From: Calditrichia bacterium
GTDB taxonomy: Bacteria; Calditrichota; Calditrichia; RBG-13-44-9
Direction: 5' to 3'
DNA: 12,534 nt
Assembly: GCA_037381445.1 (NCBI GenBank)
Contig: JARRQT010000121.1
Coordinates: 1-12,534, forward strand
Shown here: piece by piece, positions 6,999 through 12,534 of the stretch
Layout: each line of letters opens with the position of its first letter
Numbering within the stretch: position 1 is the stretch's first letter
Made by a program: the position numbers and the translations under genes
Notes under the pieces: model-generated
The model's database searches: none
What the model was told of the DNA's origin: nothing
What the model saw: the letters and a program-made list of their open reading frames with translations, nothing else

Positions 6999-8126
6999 AT
7001 GAAACGACTTTTAGACTTTGCTTTGACCATAAGCCTGGCCGGGTGGCTGGCTGCGGGATGCGGCAGTTCTGGCAGCAGCGCCAAAGAGCAGGAAGAAAAA
7101 ATTCCGGTGGAAGTAACGACCGTGGCACTGGGCAACGTCGTCCAGAATCTGAACTACAGCGGAGATATCAAGGCGGAATACGAAGTCAGCGTGTTCTCCA
7201 AAATATATGACCGTATCGAACAGTTTTATGCGGATGAGGGAGATTATATAAAAAAGGACTCCCCCATCGCAAAGATCATTGCCACTACAACCGAGCAGAG
7301 CGTGAAGCAGGCGGAGGCGGCGCTGGCTGCCGCCCGGTCGCAGGAGGCCAATATGCGGGTCGAATACGAACGCGCTCAGCGGCTGAACAGGGAGGATGCC
7401 ATGAGCAAACAGCAATACGACGCCATCAAGACCCAGTATGAATCCATCCAGGCCCAGGTGGAACAGGCACGGGCAGTTCTGGCCAGTATGCAGAGCCAGT
7501 TGAATGACGCAACGGTCACAGCTCCGATTTCGGGGATCATCGGCAAACGCTATTATGAGAACGGCGACATGGCCGCTCCTTCTGCTCCCCTCGTCACCAT
7601 TGTGCAGATGCGGCGGGTAAAAATAGAATTCAATGCCACAGAGGAGGACCTGGGAAAATTAAAGGTGGGACAAAAAACCGCCGTAAGTGTAAAGGCATAT
7701 CCCCACCGGGAGTTTTCGGGAAAGGTTCTGAAAATCAGTCCCGTGCTCGATCCAACCACACGCATGGCGGAAGTGGAAGTGCTGGTCGATAATGCGGACG
7801 GTCTGTTGAAGCCCGGCATGTATGCCCAGGCGGAAGTCACCACCGGCGTCATCAAAAATGTTATCGTCGTCCCCCGGTATGTTACCATCGAAAACACCAC
7901 CCTGGAAACGATTGCGGGAGAAGACCGGGTGGTAAAAAACTATTTTGTCTTTGTGGTAGACAGCAACCGGGCGGTGCAAAAGAAACTCGATGTCAGTTAT
8001 GTGAACCACAAATCCATCGCCGTTTCATCCGGCATTAATGTGGGAGACATATTGGTGGTGGCCGGGCAAAACAATCTCAGGGACGGACTGCCGGTATCAA
8101 TTGTAAATAAGGAGAATCCATTATGA
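6999..8126 (+). CDS. RND efflux periplasmic adaptor (membrane fusion protein), predicted lipoprotein
   Basis: CAGGAG RBS and lipobox LAAG-C. It has lipoyl half-motifs (DEGDYIKK; TVTAPISGII), a coiled-coil hairpin, ISPVLDPTTR, LLKPGMYA and VVAGQNNLRDG. Confidence 0.94.
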   Translation: MKRLLDFALTISLAGWLAAGCGSSGSSAKEQEEKIPVEVTTVALGNVVQNLNYSGDIKAEYEVSVFSKIYDRIEQFYADEGDYIKKDSPIAKIIATTTEQSVKQAEAALAAARSQEANMRVEYERAQRLNREDAMSKQQYDAIKTQYESIQAQVEQARAVLASMQSQLNDATVTAPISGIIGKRYYENGDMAAPSAPLVTIVQMRRVKIEFNATEEDLGKLKVGQKTAVSVKAYPHREFSGKVLKISPVLDPTTRMAEVEVLVDNADGLLKPGMYAQAEVTTGVIKNVIVVPRYVTIENTTLETIAGEDRVVKNYFVFVVDSNRAVQKKLDVSYVNHKSIAVSSGINVGDILVVAGQNNLRDGLPVSIVNKENPL

Positions 8127-11100
8127 AAATGACCCAGACAGCCGTAAAAAGAGGTGTCACATTCTTCATGATTTATCTGATTGCGGTAGGTTTTGGTCTC
8201 TTTTCGCTTTCCCGGCTCAATGTGGATCTGTACCCCAAAATGGAATTCCCCGTTCTGGCAGTTATCACCCAGTACACCGGCGTCGGGCCTTTCGATATTG
8301 AAACGGTCGTGACCCGGCCGGTAGAAGAGGCGGTATCTTCCGTGGAAAATGTGAAGAAAGTGAATTCCACCTCGGCACAGGGATTGTCGCTCATCATGCT
8401 GGAATTTGAATGGGGTACCGATATGAACCAGGCGGAAATCGATGTGCGGAACAACCTGGAATACATCAAAGACGTTCTTCCCAACGATATCAGCCAGCCC
8501 ATGGTTTTCGCCTTCGACCCCTCCACGCAGCCGATTTTGTATCTGGCCGTCACATCGGAATTGCGCGGACAGGCGGAACTGCGCAGAATTTCGGAACAGG
8601 ATATTGAGCCCCGCATCGAGCGGATTCCCGGTGTCGCCTCAGCCTTTACGATGGGTGGAATGAAGCGGGAAATTCAGGTGCTGGCCGATCCTTCACGAAT
8701 GCGGGCGCACAATGTGAGTATCGATCAACTGGTTTCTGCGCTGCAGATGAACAACATGCAGCTTCCTTCGGGCTGGATTGACAACAAGCAGCAGGAATTC
8801 ACCCTGCAAACAGCGGGAGAATATACAAACATTGATCAGATTGAAAACACCAATGTAACGATGATGAATGAAACAAATGTGCGCATCCGGGATGTGGCCG
8901 CGGTGGTGGACGGATTCGCCGAGCAGCGGCAGAAGGTGTGGAATAACAACCAGCCGGCTGTGATGCTGATGGTCCAGAAGCAATCCGATGCCAACACGGT
9001 AACGGTTTGCCGGGAAGTAAGCAATCGTATGAAACAAATCGAAGCCGAACTGCCGCAGGGAGTTCACCTGAAAACCATTATCGATTTGTCAACATTTATC
9101 AACCGCTCCATGTCTAACCTGGGAAGCACGGCGCTGCAGGCCATTGCCCTCACCTTCCTGGTGCTGTTGTTCTTTTTGCGCAACATCCGGAGCTCGCTGA
9201 TTGTGGCAGTTTCCATCCCGGTATCCATGATCGTCACTTTCGCAGTGATGGATCAGGCAGGTCTGACCCTGAATATCATTTCCATGGCCGGACTGGCACT
9301 GGCGGTCGGGATGCTGGTGGACAATTCCATTGTGGTAATTGAAAGCATCTTCCGGCACCGGGAGGAAGGTGAAGCACCGAAGGATGCGGCGAACCATGGC
9401 GCCAATGAAGTCGCTATGGCAATTACCGCCTCCACGCTCACAACGCTGGCGGTATTCATCCCCGTGCTGTTTGTTCCCGGCATCGCCGGAGAACTCTTCA
9501 ATGATATGGTGGTTACCATTGTTTTCTCGTTGTCCATTTCGTTGCTGGTGGCTTTGACCCTGGTGCCCCTGTTAACTTCCCGGTTTCTCGCCATCCGCCA
9601 ACGGAAACACAGCGATAATTTTATGGCGAAAGTTGCCGAACGCATCGGCACCTGGCTGTCCGATCTGCAGGCATTATATGCCAGAATTTTGAGCTGGTCC
9701 CTCGGGCACAAGAAGACTGTGGTTCTTTCTTCCTTCGGTTTACTGATAATTTCGATTATTATTGTTGCCAATCTTGGGGGCGAATTCATTCCCAACAACG
9801 ACATGGGATTTATTTCCATCGCTGTGGACCGCTCCCCCGGCACCAGTCTGGAATCCATGGAAAAAAGCATGCATGAATTGAACCGCATCATTATGCAAGA
9901 TGTGCCGGAGCTTGAGAATGTCTATTCCAATTTCGGCCAGGGAGAAGGAATTATGTCCCTTTTCTCCACCAGGGCATCCAGTGAAGGCGATGTTACCATG
10001 AGGCTGAAAAACCTCTCCGACCGGAAGCGTGATATATTCCAAATTCAGGATGCGCTGCGCGAAAAACTGAAAAATCTGCCGGATGTCGATGCCCGGTTTG
10101 AGGACCGGGGAAATTCAGCGCTATTCGGCACCGGTTCGGACATCATGGTGGAAATTTTCGGGCACAACCTGGAGATCGCGGAAGCAATCGCCCAAAACAT
10201 AAAAAACAGGCTACAGGATATTAAAGGGGTTGCCCATGTGGAGACCAGTTTCAAAGAATCCGCACCGGAGCTGAGAATAAACCTTGACCGTCAGCGTATC
10301 GCCGATCTGGGTCTGAGCACCGCTCAGATTGGCCAGGCAGTGAGCAGCAGCATGCTGGGGACAGTGGCCACCCAGTTCCGCGAGGGCGGCGATGAATTTG
10401 ACATCCGCGTACAGTTGAATAAAGAAGCCCGCGGCAGTAAAGAAGACATTGACAATATCCTGCTCATGACGCCGCTGGGAAAGCAAATCCCGCTGCGGGC
10501 TGTCGCCAACATCGAATACACCAATGCACCCAAGGAAATCCAGCGTGAAGATCAGGAACGGCTGGTGACAGTCAATGTGACCATCTCGGGGCGTGATTTG
10601 CAGAGCGTGACGCAGGACGTTAAAAAGGCGGTTCAGCAGGTACCTGTTCCCGGCAATTTTCGGATTGAACTGGGCGGCACGGCCGAAGAGCAGCAAAAAT
10701 CTTTCATGTACCTGGGTCTGGCATTTTTAGTAGCAATCCTGCTGACTTACATGGTGATGGCTTCCCAATTCGAATCTTACCTGGATCCTTTCATCATTCT
10801 TTTCACCGTTCCCCTTTCCTTCATCGGCGTTGCTTTTGCCCTGCTGATTACCGGCACTAATCTCAGCGTCATGTCGCTGATTGGCATGGTTATGCTGATC
10901 GGAATTGTGGTTAATAACGGAATTGTGCTGGTGGATTATATTAACCAGCTGCGGGAACGGGGCCTTGCCATGACCGACGCCATTATGGAAGGCGGACAAA
11001 TCCGCATGCGACCGGTACTCATGACCGCACTGACCACCATTCTGGCCATGTTTCCCCTCTCACTGGGACTGGGAGAAAGCGGTCAGAGCTGGGCGCCCAT

Positions 11101-11266
11101 GGCCCGGGCAGTAATGGGCGGCCTCGCCGTTGCCACTGTATTAACACTGATTGTGGTTCCGGTGATCTATGCAATTATGGAAAATCTGTCGGAAAAGATC
11201 CGTGCAAAGATTTCGGTCTGGGCAAAAAGATGGTCCGGAGAGGCCTTATCGCCGGAAGAAACCTGA
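8123..11266 (+). CDS. RND efflux permease, AcrB/AcrD/AcrF (HAE1-like) family, 1047 aa
   Basis: ATGA overlap with the MFP stop and AAGGAG RBS. Motifs [57 protein letters not shown] and RMRPVLMT, with two large periplasmic loops. Confidence 0.96.
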   Translation: MKMTQTAVKRGVTFFMIYLIAVGFGLFSLSRLNVDLYPKMEFPVLAVITQYTGVGPFDIETVVTRPVEEAVSSVENVKKVNSTSAQGLSLIMLEFEWGTDMNQAEIDVRNNLEYIKDVLPNDISQPMVFAFDPSTQPILYLAVTSELRGQAELRRISEQDIEPRIERIPGVASAFTMGGMKREIQVLADPSRMRAHNVSIDQLVSALQMNNMQLPSGWIDNKQQEFTLQTAGEYTNIDQIENTNVTMMNETNVRIRDVAAVVDGFAEQRQKVWNNNQPAVMLMVQKQSDANTVTVCREVSNRMKQIEAELPQGVHLKTIIDLSTFINRSMSNLGSTALQAIALTFLVLLFFLRNIRSSLIVAVSIPVSMIVTFAVMDQAGLTLNIISMAGLALAVGMLVDNSIVVIESIFRHREEGEAPKDAANHGANEVAMAITASTLTTLAVFIPVLFVPGIAGELFNDMVVTIVFSLSISLLVALTLVPLLTSRFLAIRQRKHSDNFMAKVAERIGTWLSDLQALYARILSWSLGHKKTVVLSSFGLLIISIIIVANLGGEFIPNNDMGFISIAVDRSPGTSLESMEKSMHELNRIIMQDVPELENVYSNFGQGEGIMSLFSTRASSEGDVTMRLKNLSDRKRDIFQIQDALREKLKNLPDVDARFEDRGNSALFGTGSDIMVEIFGHNLEIAEAIAQNIKNRLQDIKGVAHVETSFKESAPELRINLDRQRIADLGLSTAQIGQAVSSSMLGTVATQFREGGDEFDIRVQLNKEARGSKEDIDNILLMTPLGKQIPLRAVANIEYTNAPKEIQREDQERLVTVNVTISGRDLQSVTQDVKKAVQQVPVPGNFRIELGGTAEEQQKSFMYLGLAFLVAILLTYMVMASQFESYLDPFIILFTVPLSFIGVAFALLITGTNLSVMSLIGMVMLIGIVVNNGIVLVDYINQLRERGLAMTDAIMEGGQIRMRPVLMTALTTILAMFPLSLGLGESGQSWAPMARAVMGGLAVATVLTLIVVPVIYAIMENLSEKIRAKISVWAKRWSGEALSPEET

Positions 11267-11319
11267 AATGGAGAATAACTTGTCTTCCGTCTGCCGTTTC
11301 TTATGAGGGAGAAGCATAT

Positions 11320-11715
11320 TCAGCATTCATCCCTGCGAAGCGGCGGGATGAGAAGAATCGTTAGTATCAGAAGGAGAAAAAAACCGATATAGATAGCCCG
11401 GAAAACCCAGACTGGCCAATCATAGAACAGGACCTGATGCACCCAGTAGGGAATAAATCCGCGGGGGTATAAAGAGGTTTCTCCGCCGGCCTGCCGCAGT
11501 TGGCTCTCCCATTCGGTGAGGGGACAAAATATCCCGGCAATGGCTTCGGCGGCAACAAATCCCATTGCAGCCACATGCGACCAACGGAACCAGCGGTTGC
11601 GGACGGACCGCCATTTGAAAATAAAACCGGTCCAGATAAAGAGGAATCCGCCAATGATATAAAAAACATAAAGAAAGTGGAATATTAAAATAAAGTTGGC
11701 GATAAATATTTTCAT
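11320..11715 (-). CDS. DUF2784-like small membrane protein
   Basis: ANFILIFHFLYVFYIIGG ... FRWSH ... EAIAGIFCPLTEWESQLR ... GFI...V...LFYD matches my recollection of the DUF2784 H...H...CPLT..E..LR pattern; about three hydrophobic segments. The start is uncertain (ATG 11715 chosen, no clear RBS). Confidence 0.75.
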   Translation of the reverse strand: MKIFIANFILIFHFLYVFYIIGGFLFIWTGFIFKWRSVRNRWFRWSHVAAMGFVAAEAIAGIFCPLTEWESQLRQAGGETSLYPRGFIPYWVHQVLFYDWPVWVFRAIYIGFFLLLILTILLIPPLRRDEC

Positions 11716-11804
11716 TTCCGGGGAAATGCTCTGGCTTCCAATTAAGAGGCCAGAGCATTTTTCATTCAATTTGCTAATTTCAGGATGCCTGCTGCATCCA
11801 AAGT

Positions 11805-12534
11805 CTACTTCTTATCGACGGGATAAGACGGCATCTGCTGCGGCGTCTTAATGGGGAATGCCGGCGGTCCCGGCATGGAAGGCGGATTCTTGCGGATTTC
11901 TTCCGTCAGCACTTCAATCGCCTTCTTCAACTGGGGATCCTCTCCTTTCAGGCCCTGTGAGGGCAGAATATCCACATCCAGTCCGGGATCGGCAACGGCG
12001 CCCCAGTTTTCAACAACCCATTTTCCCTTAAAGTCATAGAATCCCACATTGGGCTGAACAGCAATCCCTCCGTCCACCGTGGGAATGGAATTGATGATCC
12101 CGATCAATCCGCCCCAGGTGCGGTGTCCCACCACCTTGCCAAGCTTGTGCGCTTTGAAATGGTCCGTATAGAGTTCACCGTCCGAACCGGTAAATTCATT
12201 AATGATGCTTACCATCTTCCCGTTGGTGACCGCCATTGGGAAACGCATAGGCACAAATTCCCTGGTCTTGGTGCCGAACGTCAATTCTCTTTCCAGTTTA
12301 TCGATGACAAAATAGTTGGTGAATCCGCCGCCGTTATACCGCACATCAAGGATCAGCCCGTTCTTGTATTTGCCGGCTTTCCAGCCCTGTTCAAACTGTC
12401 CCAGTCCCTCTTCATCCATATCATCCATATGCATATAAGCGATCTCGCCACTTCCCAGTTTCCGGACCATTTCGTCGCGGGTCTTTACCCAGTTCCATTC
12501 CCGGATTTTGCGTTCGGAATTCATCGGTTTTACC
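11805..12534 (-). CDS. Tricorn-like S41 family peptidase, C-terminal catalytic region (5' part outside the window)
   Basis: The frame is open to the right edge (VKP-MNSER...). Motifs IAYMHMDDM (catalytic His), LILDVRYNGGG, GSDGE (catalytic Ser, tricorn GSDGD type), GHRTWGG, VENWG and GEDPQL. Confidence 0.92.
   Translation of the reverse strand, partial: VKPMNSERKIREWNWVKTRDEMVRKLGSGEIAYMHMDDMDEEGLGQFEQGWKAGKYKNGLILDVRYNGGGFTNYFVIDKLERELTFGTKTREFVPMRFPMAVTNGKMVSIINEFTGSDGELYTDHFKAHKLGKVVGHRTWGGLIGIINSIPTVDGGIAVQPNVGFYDFKGKWVVENWGAVADPGLDVDILPSQGLKGEDPQLKKAIEVLTEEIRKNPPSMPGPPAFPIKTPQQMPSYPVDKK

Noticed and set aside
8123..11266. Heavy-metal CusA/CzcA assignment, or a specific acrB/mdtB/mdtC symbol
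   Set aside because: TM4 lacks the CzcA/CusA-type DFG...DG signature, and specific orthology cannot be established by eye.
4713..12039. Antisense or alternative-frame ORFs over tetR, tolC, MFP, RND, DUF2784 and the protease (e.g. 4713..5027, 5856..6383, 9253..9891, 10211..10696, 11420..11758)
   Set aside because: They overlap confident genes, show no family signatures, and are expected by-products of codon bias.
1..12534. CRISPR array, tRNA/rRNA, IS element, defence or toxin-antitoxin system
   Set aside because: I saw no regularly spaced repeats, RNA gene signatures, terminal inverted repeats or matching proteins; nearly all the sequence is explained by known gene families.

Overview
Bacterial chromosomal window, mostly housekeeping and envelope genes. 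No phage, transposon, CRISPR or RNA gene is recognisable. The left part (minus strand, transcribed leftwards) has a beta-propeller lactonase (Pgl/YbhE family), a DinB-family protein, then a dapA - aspartate kinase - family-5 ABC solute-binding lipoprotein cluster (the last cut by the window edge). An AT-rich divergent intergenic region with a palindromic operator leads into a plus-strand TetR - TolC - MFP - RND efflux cluster. On the right, converging on it, are a DUF2784-like membrane protein and the 3' end of a tricorn-like S41 protease. I found no convincing novel multi-gene system. The notable anomalies are: (i) the aspartate kinase is split, with its KYGGSS N-terminus out of frame and about 6 residues apparently missing; (ii) the DinB gene seems to have lost its normal 3' end and runs through a hairpin-rich tract with two mutually exclusive stems just upstream of dapA; (iii) the RND pump has Asn at two of the three canonical proton-relay positions; (iv) a terminator-like hairpin lies between tetR and tolC. 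Assembly error is a real alternative for (i) and (ii).
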